DNA of 64,000 bases, from contig JBHGNT010000012.1 in NCBI GenBank assembly GCA_043228905.1, positions 19,654,001-19,718,000 on the forward strand. Reading direction: 5' to 3'. The translations under genes were made by a program, and so were the position numbers. The stretch comes from Azolla caroliniana. Lineage: Eukaryota > Plantae > Polypodiophyta. Shown piece by piece: positions 53,107 through 64,000 of the stretch. Every line of letters begins with the position of its first letter. Positions within the stretch are counted from its first letter, which is position 1. The notes under the pieces were generated by a model. The model had not been told where the DNA came from and did no database searches. It worked only from the letters and a program-made list of their open reading frames with translations.

Positions 53107-54762
53107 TGTCATGGACAGACCAAGTGCGGACTAAGACGAAGCACGGATGATGAGGCTACGACGGAGCGATGACGGAATGACACAATAGCATAAAGATAGA
53201 GATGAAGATTAAGGAGAGAAGATGGGCGAAACGAGAATACTAGATTGATATGTCCATGACTGGTGTTGTTCACCTTGAATTCCTTCAAGGTGAACTCAAC
53301 TATTTATACTAAGTGGCATGCATACCTGCTACACGCATGTGATACAATAGAGCATGTAGCCAGTAGGTACGCATGCATGTGCCAAGTGTAAATAATACAA
53401 GGGAGAAATTATGCACATGATGCTAACTAAAACCTCAATGAGGAAGTATATACATGATTATATGCTAGATGTGTGGTTAACACATAACACTCGATTATAA
53501 CATGGTCATGTCAAGAGTTCGAATCTTGACATTATCCCCCCTCCAACGATGCCTTCCCAAATCGTTTGTCAGCTTAAGGGGATATTGTTGATGAAAATCT
53601 TAGATCACCTCCAAAGTATTTTGTAAATCCTAGACAAGGAGTAACCCTTCCACAAGACGAGGTATTTAACACCAACGGGCATGAGCGACCATGTGTGGTC
53701 CTCGCCTAGAACTGGAACACAAATATCAACGGGTGTGAGCAACCATGTCGGTCCTCACCGGGTTCTGGAACACGAACAATAGTTGGAGTGAGCGGCCATG
53801 TGCGGTCCTCACCGGAGACTGGAACACGAACAGGAGTGAGCGACCATGCGGCCCTCACCGGGAACAGGAACACAAACGGGAGTGAGCGGCCATGTGCGGC
53901 CCTCACCGGGAACAGGAACACGAACGGGCGTGAGCGACCATGCGGCCCTCACCGGGAACTCGAGCACGAACGTGTGTGAGCGACCATGCGGCCCTCACCG
54001 GGAACTCGAGCACGAACGTGTATGAGCGACCATGCGGCCCTCACCGGGAACTCGAACTCGAACACCAACGGGAGTGAGCGGCCTTGTGCAGACCTCACCG
54101 GGAACTCCAACACCAACACCAACACCAACGGGAGTGAGCGGCCTTGTGCGGCCCTCACCGGGAACTAGAACATGAACACGAACGAGAAAGAAACTAAAAA
54201 ATAGAGACAATGATGAGGAGAAACTAAAAAATAGAGACAATGAAGCGATTTTGATGATGGTACGGTGACGATGGTAACTCTAGAAGCAAGGGCGATGACG
54301 GAGACGGGTGATGCTTCTAGTTGGAAGGTGAACAAACTGTCACGGACAGACCAAGTGCGGACTAAGACGAAGCACGGATGATGAGGCTACGACGGAGCGA
54401 TGACGGAATGACACAATAGCATAAAGATAGAGATGAAGATTAAGGAGAGAAGATGGGCGAAACGAGAATACTAGATTGATATGTCCATGACTGGTGTTGT
54501 TCACCTTGAATTCCTTCAAGGTGAACTCAACTATTTATACTAAGTGGCATGCATACCTGCTACACGCATGTGATACAATAGAGCATGTAGCCAGTAGGTA
54601 CGCATGCATGTGCCAAGTGTAAATAATACAAGGGAGAAATTATGCACATGATGCTAACTAAAACCTCAATGAGGAAGTATATACATGATTATATGCTAGA
54701 TGTGTGGTTAACACATAACACTCGATTATAACATGGTCATGTCAAGAGTTCGAATCTTGACA
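53107..54762 (-). mobile_element. Non-autonomous chromovirus-derived LTR element (TRIM/LARD-like, 1656 bp)
   Basis: Two 425-bp LTRs (53107-53531 and 54338-54762), TG..CA, differing at about 1 position. TSD ATATG/TTATG. PPT GGAGGGGGGATAA. The 806-bp internal region is non-coding tandem repeats plus a chromodomain remnant (KYLVLWKGYS..DFHQQYP). Confidence 0.9.
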
Positions 54763-54942
54763 TTATGATTTGAAGCACCGGAGTCGACGAACCATACATC
54801 TTCCGGATTGGAGGCATTAGTCAAAGTAGAGGCCGACATAGGATTTGCTCTATGTCTCATTACAAACATTCTGCCATGATCTTCATAGTCGGAGTTGGTG
54901 GTGTAATTGGTGAGTTGTCGCCTTGTGGAAGCCGACTCGTGC

Positions 54943-56192
54943 TGTCGTGAAGATTTTCGGCAATGGTGTGAAAATCGCATAAAACATACGAAATCGAGTA
55001 TGAATCATATAAAACAATACTAGTGAAAATACTATTTTAAATATGTTTAATATCTTAGTACAAAAAGGATGGAGGTCTTGAAGAGCTTTCGGATGCACTT
55101 TACTACATAAGAAACGAACATCTAAGTGTCAACTTATGTGGGTAGGAAGTTTGCAAAGACAAAGAGAAAAATAAAATTGTGAGATATCCCACATAGACAG
55201 GAAATAAGGATCTCACCATATATAAGGTAGAGCAAAAGCTATTATCTTTGTGTCTATGTGTGGAGCATAGAGAGTTCAAGGTGACTTGAACTAAGCTATT
55301 GGATGAATGGGTATGGCTTAACTACTTGCAAAGGTTTTGGCCAACCAAACCCGGACCGACGATGAAGCCGGTGAGCCGGCGATAGTCGGCATCCGGCAAC
55401 GGAACTGGGATCTGGTGTCCAACGACAAAACCAACATCCGACATCCAGCAATCGGCGACCGACGGTAACCGGCGGCATCCGGCAACTTGAACTAAGCTAT
55501 TGGATGAATGGGTATGGCCTGGCTACTTGCAAAGGTTTTGGCCAACCAAACCCGGACCGGCGACGGAGCCGGTGAGCCGGCAATAATCAGCATCCGGCAA
55601 CGGAACCGGGATCTGGTGTCCGGTGACAAAATCGGCAACCATCGACCAAACGGTAACCGGCGGCGACCGACGTCATCCGGCATCCGGCGACTGGATAGAT
55701 ATATAAATAAATATATGTATACACATATATATACACACAAGGAGTTCAAGTGTGGATTTGAACCTTGCACCTCCATGTTGAGAGTCTATAGGCTTACCAC
55801 TAAGCCAAGACATTTTCTTAAAATAATATTTTTATCATTGTAACTTTACATGTAAATTCTCATACATGAGAGCTAAAATGAGTGACGTGGTTATCATGCA
55901 CCACATGTAATACATGTGCGCCAAATGGCAAACATGCATTTCATGCATGTCTTGAACCCTCAAATGCATGAGGGCATTTAATCTTGTTCTTCAAATCTAA
56001 AGTCAACAATTCAATCTTAATCTCTCTCTCAATCTAAATCAAGCGTTTTATCTTATCTCAATCTCTCTCTCTCTCTTTCAATTTATCTTAAATACTTTCT
56101 CGCTAAAGCTTGTGCGAACTTCGAATCCTTTCGGTCCAGAACCCCGACGGTTCGGCCTCGCGATATGCACGTAGTGATGGATCTTCACGACA
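54943..56192. mobile_element. 1250-bp TG..CA insertion (probable solo LTR) with 12-bp terminal inverted repeats
   Basis: Ends are TGTCGTGAAGAT and ATCTTCACGACA. It interrupts copia gag at ECRKKKR|ESA. Flanks GTGC/ACGC are consistent with a decayed GCGC TSD. Internal ~200-bp duplication at 55285-55690. Confidence 0.8.
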
Positions 56193-56484
56193 ACGCTTCT
56201 TCTTTCGACACTCTTCTTCATGGTGGCCGATTTTTCCGCAATAACCGCATTCGATCGAGTTTTGTCGACCTGAACCGGAATGGAAGCTCCCCCTTCTTCC
56301 AAAGGTTCCTCGATGACTTTCGTCTTGTTGCTGAATTTGGGAGTTGTTGTTGTAAGTCGGACCTCGTCCGCCGCCTCGTCCTTGGCCAAATCAGCCTCTT
56401 GCTTGACCGCGTCCTCTTCCTCCATTCGAATGCGTGTATAGCATGTGGCCTTCCGAGGCGTTGCTCCTTGTTCGAACATGATTC

Positions 56485-58551
56485 CTCGCTTTGTATCTCG
56501 GGGGGTTGTCGGCATCTCCCGGTTTCAACTTGTACACCCACTTGTTTCGGAGTGCCCGCTTTCCTTTCGGCAACTCCACCAATTCGTACGTATGGTTCTC
56601 ATGCAGGGAATCCATCTCATCCTGCATGGCACTTAACCATTTTCGGCTGTGGGTGTCTTCCTTCGCTTCTTCGAAGCTTTCCGGCTCCCCCTCGTCGGTC
56701 AGCAGAACATGCTCTGCATCCGGAAATCTCCGGGGGGCCCTTCTCTCTCTGAGAGGATATCTCCGTCTTTGGGCTTCGGTGACCGGCTCATTCATCTGCT
56801 CTTCATCCAAATCTGATTCAGGATCGTGGCCGGTTCCGGTTTCAGCTTCCTCTACTTCTTCTTCAGCCCGTTTGGTATCCTCACCGTAACCGGCTGGTCC
56901 CTCGAGTGCTAACCGGTCTCTTGCTGGTTGGGTCTGCTCATCGTAGAGTCGATCCTTACCAGTCGACTCGGAGTTCATTATCTTGTTCTCCGAATCCCAG
57001 TCGGTAAGTGTCTTGTCCTCCATGAAGATAATATCTTGACTCCGGAATACCTTCTTGTCGACCGGGTCCCACACTCGGTAGCCGAACTCATCGTCACCGT
57101 AACCGAGGAATATGCATGGCCGGGTCTTTGGATCTAACTTTCCTCTCCGGTCCTTAGCTACATGCACGTACGCGAGACACCCGAACACCCTCAGATGCCG
57201 GTAGGACCCTCAACATGTCATCCACGTACAGGAGGAGTATCAAGAAGTCCCCTCCTTCGAACTTCTTCACAAACACGCAGTGATCGGCCTGCGTCTTATG
57301 GTACCCTTGATCGGTCATGAAGGAGTTGAACTTCCGGTACCATTGCCGGGGAGCCTGCTTCAGTCCGTACAGGCTCTTCTTCAACCGGCATACCAGGTGC
57401 TCCTTCCCTTTCTCCACAAATCCTTCCGGTTGCTGCATGTAGATTTCCTCTTCGAGGTCGCCGTGAAGGAATGTTGTCTTCACGTCCAGTTGTTCTACCT
57501 CGAGATCCATGCTTGCTGCTATACTCAGCACCGTCCGGATGGAGGTCATCTTTACTACCGGGGCAAATATCTTGTCGAAGTCCACGCCCTTCTTCTGCTG
57601 GAACCCCCCGTTGTCTTCATGTGCATCACCTCCCATATCGCGGCGTCGATTTTGTCCGGTCTCTTGTCCCCGAACTAAACCGACAGCCAGAGGTCTTTGA
57701 CAACGAGCATGTCCCTCATCTTCAACTTCCATACTGAATAGTTGGAGCCGGTGAGCTTGAACATGCCGCCAAATGATTCGTCCATTTTCTGTGTCGATTT
57801 CGCTCTGATACCACTTGTCGGGAACTCGACGTTCCTTATGTCCGACGCTCGGCCACAACCGAGATTCTTTTCATACACAGAAAACGGGAAATAGAACACG
57901 ACACAAAGAGGAGAAATGGTACACAGGAGGTTAACGTGGAAAACCCCAAACTAGGGGAAAAACCACGGCAGCCCACAGGCAGCAAACTGTCACTATGTAG
58001 GAATATACAACAGTGAGTTCACTGAGGCAACGACCTCGTGCTCACGGATCTTCGCCATAGGCGGCGGTTACAACAGAGGCAACGACCTCGTCTCTCTCTC
58101 TCTCTCTCTGTACAGTTACGCACTCTCTCTTCTTCTTGCACCAACAAGGAAGAATAACGACAACAAAAAAATTAAACCTAAAAGTTTGCCCTAAGTCATA
58201 TTTATACTAATATGACTTTTCGGCTATTTACAAATATAGCCTCGATGGGCTCTCAGAAACATATTTACGAATATGTCTCTTCCTCTGGTTCATTCCGGGC
58301 CTGCACCATCCGGCTCTCCGTAGCCGGGTACTCCTCATCCGGTTCATACCGGGCCTGCACCATCCGGCTCTCCGTAGCCGGGTACTCCTCATCCGGTTCA
58401 TACCGGGCATGCACTATCCGGCTCTCCGTAGCCGGGTACTCCTCATCCGGTTCATACCGGACCTGCACCATCCGGCTCTCCGTAGCTGGGTACTCCTCAT
58501 CCGGTTCCGACACTGTTCTTCTCTCTCTTCGGTTATGGCGGAGTCCCATCG
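56485..58551 (-). mobile_element. Second Ty1/copia family (Tnt1/Tork-like): 5' LTR, PBS and rearranged gag/pol fragments
   Basis: LTR 57816-~58551. PBS TGGTATCAGAGC at 57813-57802. gag ATG at 57785 (MDES.GGMFKLTGSNYSVWK). RT EQLDVKTTFLHGDLEEEIYM..LYVDDML. INT-RT linker FGCLAYVHV..KLDPK..EPESFEEA. Confidence 0.88.
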
Positions 58552-58577
58552 AATATGGCGGGTGGTTGGCCGCTTAT

Positions 58578-59308
58578 TGATGGGAACTATTCGTTCCTTA
58601 TGCTCAACGCTCGGCCACAACCGAGCTTAGAATCATACACAAAAAACGGGAAATGAAACGCACGACACAAAGGAGAGAAAAGGGTACACGGGATGTTTAC
58701 GTGGAAAACCCAAACTAGGGGAAAAACCACGGCAGCCCACAGGTTGCGAACTATCACTATGCTAGAATGTACAACAGTGAGTTCACAGAGGCAACAACCT
58801 CGTGCTCACGATCTTCGCCACAGGCGGCGGTTACAACAGAGGCAATGACCTCTTTCTCTCTCTCACTCTCTATACAGTTACGCACTCTCTCTTTTCTTGC
58901 ACCAACAAGAAAATGACAACAATAATAACTAAAATTTTGCCCTAAGTCATATTTATACTAATATGACTTTTCGGCTATTTACAAATATAGTGTCGATGTA
59001 CTCTCAGAAACATATTTACGAATATGTCTCTTCATCCGGTTCTCACCGGGTCTGCACCATCCGGCTCTCCGTAGTCGGGTACTCCTCATCCGGTTCTCAC
59101 CGGGTCTGCGTCATCCGGCCCTCCGTAGCCGGGTACTCCTCATCCGGTTCTCACCGGGTCTGCACCATCCGGTTCTCCGTAGCTGGGTACTCCTCATCCG
59201 GTTCTCACCGGGTCTGCGTCATCCGGCTCTTCGTAGCCGGGTACTCCTCATCAAGTTATGGTACTGTTCTTCTCTCTCTTCCCATCCGGAGGGACCTGTC
59301 TCCCAACA
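58578..59308. mobile_element. Solo LTR (731 bp) related to the adjacent family-B LTR
   Basis: TGATGGGA...TCCCAACA with CTTAT TSD on both sides. Colinear with 57816-58551, including a 57-bp internal tandem array. Confidence 0.88.
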
Positions 59309-59313
59309 CTTAT

Positions 59314-59790
59314 TGCAATTATGCCAGGTGCAAGGCTCAATCAAGTGGGGGAATGTATGTTCGTTATCATGGCAGACCCCAATTGACAGCAATGAGCATC
59401 AAGAAGAGGGGATGACTTCGGTTATAAAAGCACAAGAGATTTTTTTCTCCACCATCGGCAATATCCACTACACTCCTATTAGTGCCAAATCTCAACTTGT
59501 GTTGGACTTGGTTAGCCCAATAACTCTTTGGATTCTATGGAAATAACAGTGTAGACGGATCTTCTCCAACCAAAGCGCGCAACCAATAATGTTAATGCAA
59601 GAGATATGGAGTGAAGTTGTAGTCACTCTAAAGAGCCAATATGATGGCCTCAAGGGCAACTACGATAGAGTTGAAAGACAACGACTAGCCTTTATCCAAC
59701 AATGGTCATCCTCTCCCTTTTGAGGCAGTGGGCATCCACATAAGATGGACCTACCACATCTCTATAGAGATTTGTATTTAATAATCTCAT
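59314..59790 (+). mobile_element. LINE (L1-like) ORF2 C-terminal remnant
   Basis: ITLWILWK*QCRRIFS resembles the L1 W-IW--RN--IF motif. AT-rich tail-like end. Confidence 0.5.
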
Positions 59791-60084
59791 CTGTAAAATC
59801 TTTAAATAACTAATGGAAGGAGTTTTTTTGGGGGAAAAAAAACGTGCATATGGTAATGTTGATGAATATCATTACTTTTGTTTTTAAATACTACATTATG
59901 TCCAAATATGAGCTTGGGCCTAGGGCATTGCCCATTTGAAAAAACAAACAAACAAACATACATCATACACACACATACACTTGCATACATAATTGATATG
60001 ACATGTACATATAGGATTAGGAACTAACACACATATTGTGAGTGATGTGCATACCTTGAAATATGTCATAATACATAACATATA

Positions 60085-60541
60085 TGTTGAGATATCAAGC
60101 TCAACTAAGTCTAGTCGTTTTAGTCAATCATGTAACTTAGTAGTTACATAAATAGAATCTATTTTGAATGTTGACTATAAAGGATTTGTTCATAGTATTT
60201 AAGTGGGAGATCTCTAGATTCCCCACTATCGAGTTCATTTAATGTAGGATTTATACCCTTGTACTTATATTTTCCTCAACGTGTGCACTCTTGCACATGA
60301 GATGTATATATACCTCATTGTGGGTATTTTTGTAACTGATGATGTCTTCTTAACATAAGTAAGAGTTCTTTGTGTTACACTCGTTAATCACCCCCCATTT
60401 ACTATTGATAAATGTAACTTCCTCTCTCTCTTCCCCTCACACACAGATCACATAATCTTCCGCAACTTAATCACACATGTGATTAAATATTCACATAATT
60501 AGATACTAATTAACCCTTGGTTAATCTTCTAGTTATTAACA
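60085..60541. mobile_element. Solo LTR (457 bp), copia family-A-related terminus
   Basis: TGTTGAGATATCAAGCTCAAC...TTAACA with ATATA TSD. Confidence 0.75.
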
Positions 60542-60679
60542 ATATACATATATAGGCAACAACATTCAAAACATATCTCTCGCACACATAAAATATAATA
60601 TATAAACATGCAAATCGACTCATATGCATAGACAATGTACACTACATGTATGTATACATGCTACATATCTTCATATTAA

Positions 60680-60950
60680 ATGATATCTCCCTCTCAAGTA
60701 TACATTGAGATTGTTTGTCCACATAATGATCCCAAGTCCACTAGAGACATTTGTACTACCATGAGATATTGGCAAGCCTTCCCATCATTAGAAGTTTATA
60801 GCCCAATATCTACATGATGATATCTCCCTCTCAAGTATATATTGAAATTGTTTATCCACATGACGATCCCAAGCCCACTAGAGACATTTGTACTACCATG
60901 AGATGTTGGCAAGCCTTCGAGTCATTAGAAGTCTATAGCCCAATATCTAC
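60680..60950. repeat. Tandem duplication, ~137 bp x2
   Basis: atgatatctccctctcaagta...gcccaatatctac occurs twice. Confidence 0.85.
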
Positions 60951-62129
60951 CCCTATCACTCCCCCCTCTCCCCCCCTATAGGGTAACCTATTGGACAAAA
61001 TATGTGAATACATGTGGCAGGCACAACTACAAAAGTTCTAGGGCGAGCATTGGAGGTCCATTAAAAATGCATGGTGCTTGTAAACAACATACACTCACAA
61101 ATTAAACATAAATTATTGAAGAACACTGGGCCCAAATCTTATGCCAAATATTTATATGGAAGCAGTTACAAGAAGATTTATACTCCATTGGATGAGAGGC
61201 TATAATTGCGGTTATAGAACGTCACAATATAAGCATAGATAATTTGCACGAGGTCGATGCTTACTTCTAGCAATAGCCCTCAACAACATGTTGTATCCAT
61301 AGATTGACACATGCGTGATATTCGTGATATTCTCCATGCGCAATATTCTCCATATTCGAGAATACAAAATGGCCCCAAGAATATTAAAAAACCATTCGTT
61401 TTGTAAAATAAATATAAAAAAATTATATATTTATTTAAATAAATGTATTTCACAAAAAAAAACAATTATTCATTAATAGATTATAGTGTCAAGAGAGTTT
61501 TTGAAACTTATTTTAATTAATTAATTAATTGTTTAAAAACGAATATTTTTAAATTTATTATACAAATATGATTACTAATTAATATGAACTTTGAAGATAT
61601 GATTAGTTTGAAGTACTATTTTTAATTTTAAGATAAAAATATCCATAAATTTTGAGGAAATAAAAAGTGAGAAATTAATGAGCCTTTATTTTATTTTATT
61701 TATCTATTAAAAATAAAACGAATACTTATAAGTTATACATTTATTATAAAAATTTAGAATTATCAAGTCCCCAAAGTCCCTCTTTTATTATCCCTATTTA
61801 TTATTAAGTTCCTTTCTTTTTATCCTAGGAATTTTTGTAATTTTTAATTTTTTTTTTTTGGGGGAGGGGGGTTTAAACGAATACTTGACTACCCATTCGT
61901 ATTCGTATTCGTTTGCATTCGAATGGGAAACCCGACGAATGCGAATATGTCAATCTATGGTTGTATCTATCTCCATTGGGTTAGGGCCACCTATTGGAAT
62001 AGAGATCAGGGTCCACATAGTTCCAAATGATGGCCAACATTGCATCAACACAACCATTGCTAACACTCAAAATAGCACTCAAATATGTGGTCGATACATT
62101 GTAAACCTCGATTGGTTGACTCGATAAAC

Positions 62130-63000
62130 GATTTAGAATCTTCATGGAATGTGAAGTAGATCCTTAACATCATTAAGGAACCTTGTCAAAATTGATCAAT
62201 TAATGTCACTTCTTCCCAAGGGATGTCACATGCGAGAAAACAAAAATTAATTGCATTGTCACAACTTTGAATCTTATTGATAGCAATTCTCACACTATTC
62301 GTATCTCCAAAACAAGATTGAAGTTCCTTAGTAAAGTCATCAAAATTATCTAATAAATGAGACCTTTTCTTTAGTAGTGGCACAAAACGAGCTAGTTTTA
62401 TAACCATCTCAACCAACCCTATGTGTCAAATCAGTTGAGTATCAATGGGATACTTTTTTAATACTAGATGCACATTTAAGAATCCTTGGAAATAGTCACC
62501 GAGTACCTGTTGTCCAGAGAACAGAAATGTAAAATTAGGAAATTAGCAAATGCCGAGTCTGAGTGTCACGGGCCACCGACGGCTCGGCTGTGTATTAGGG
62601 GAAACGTTATTTAAACGAGGACTAGTACCTCAGAGCGGAGGAGAAGAAAAATATAGGCGGAAGCACTAGCTTAGTCCATCGTAACTAGATAATCCTGTAA
62701 GGTCACCGGCCGTAGGCCGTGTTCTATAATCCTTTTTCTGTCGCAATAATATATCTGATTTGTGCCCATTTTGCTCCATGTGTCTGTGCTTTGGTTCATA
62801 CCTATGATTTCAGCACCGCCCACGCCTATCAAGATCTTGCTAGTGTTTATCTTTGATCATTTTCTCCCTCACAACGCCTCTGTTACGAGCCTTCACGTAC
62901 CACGCCCTTGAATACCGATAGCCACAGATCTATCGAAGGTGTTCACCCAAAGGAACGGGTAACAGTACCATCAAACTTTGTTGCGAGACTTATCTTGAGT
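62130..63000 (-). mobile_element. Ty3/gypsy (Tf1/sushi-like) gag remnant, interrupted by a solo LTR
   Basis: KFDGT|R..FQGFLN, LLDNFDDFTKELQSCFGD..., WEEVTLIDQF. Confidence 0.7.
62508..62964. mobile_element. Solo LTR (457 bp)
   Basis: TGTTGTCC...GGTAACA flanked by a GTACC TSD. Confidence 0.8.
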
Positions 63001-63170
63001 AACATCAAATATTGTTGTCACAAAGTTACTAGTTGTGTTAATTCCTCATGTTGTCAAGCTTTTTCCACATTCACTTTAAATCCCCAAGAAGCCTTTGATT
63101 ATCTTTCTTCATGGCCATGAACTTAGTTCTTAAACAATCTAGATCAATCAAAACATGCATATATTCTTAC

Positions 63171-63690
63171 TCATTTACTGCTACCAAGGTTAAGAGAAGA
63201 TGGGGAGAAGATAGAAATGAGAAGTTCCTCAAGAGAAGAAAAAAAGGAATGACGTAAAAGGTCATTCACATTTAGATTGCCAAGGTTAAGAGAAGATGGG
63301 GAGAAGATAGAAATGAGAAGTTCCTCAAGAGAAGAAAAAAAGGAATGACGTAAAAGGTCATTCACATTTAGATTGCCAAGGTTAAGAGAAGATGGGAAGA
63401 AGATAGAAACTAGAAGGTCCTCAAGAGAAGAAAAAATGGAATGAAGTAAAAGGTCATTCACATTTACATTGTCAGGCTTGTAGCTAAGGACAAGATTAAA
63501 GTGAAGAAGAGAAAAATAATAGAAGAATTTAGGGTGGTGGTTGAGAAAAGAATAAAATCAAAGAAGAGAACAAGAAGAAGACTTGTAGCTAAGGACAAGA
63601 TTAAAGTGAAGAAGAGAAAAATAATAGAAGAATTCAGGGTGGTGGTTGAGAAAAGGATAAAATCAAAGAAGAGAACAAGAAGAAGGAAAT
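63171..63690. repeat. Two purine-rich tandem repeats (99 bp x3; 105 bp x2)
   Basis: Direct repeats seen in the sequence and mirrored in the repetitive ORF translations. Confidence 0.85.
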
Positions 63691-64000
63691 AGCAGGAGAA
63701 TGATAATATATTAACAATAAGTACAAGATGTACAAGAATATGTTGAAGATAGGAATTGGAATGGTTAATCAATGACTAAATCACCTTTATGCATAATTTG
63801 TTAGATCGATGCATGTTCGCCACCTTGCATGATGCATCCATACATAATTGCACTTTGCATTCATGCAACCCATTTGACAATCATATGTTAGTCTCTAGGA
63901 AGTGGCAATACAATATAACATCATTCCCAATAATAAAAAAAGTTGGAATAAAACTGCATTATTTTAAACGTTGTATAATAGCAATTGAAAACATAATCAA

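Larger units (their letters stand above)
49407..56484 (-). mobile_element. Ty1/copia retrotransposon (family A, copy 3) with two nested insertions, 5' end replaced
   Basis: 3' LTR 49407-49803 (TGTTGA..TTTACA on the minus strand) with adjacent PPT. RH, RT, INT, PR and gag fragments are homologous to copies 1 and 2. Interrupted at 53107-54762 and 54943-56192. Confidence 0.93.

Noticed and set aside
49407-59308. Single intact 10-kb LTR element
   Set aside because: The terminal LTRs belong to different families and the flanks share no TSD.
63171-63772. Repetitive ORFs resembling LRR or membrane proteins
   Set aside because: They arise from 99/105-bp tandem DNA repeats with no gene structure.

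Overview
Eukaryotic land-plant nuclear DNA, probably a non-seed plant given the Tcn1/Tf1-like chromovirus remnants (inference). A gene-containing core holds four host genes: an intronless DREB2-type AP2/ERF factor (24390-25997 +), elongation factor 1B (29894-32318 +, stop codon split by an intron), an At4g13040-like atypical AP2 protein (40882-43689 +) and a PRCC-family gene (46626-48419 -). The core is flanked by nested, decayed retrotransposons: three copies of one Ty1/copia family, a second copia family, Ty3/gypsy remnants, several solo LTRs with intact TSDs, and LINE and hAT remnants. Most unusual: (1) a young 1.66-kb non-autonomous chromovirus derivative whose PBS is not tRNA-like but is complementary to its own predicted transcript 5' end (Tf1-type self-priming); (2) repeated Pol III-type sequences, namely a tRNA-Pro-derived satellite, a tandem array of tRNA/SINE heads, related tRNA-like cassettes upstream of two genes, a perfect A/B box inside a solo LTR, and a U6 pseudogene; (3) a chimeric copia region with pol segments in permuted order. 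Coordinates were read by eye. No database searches were run.
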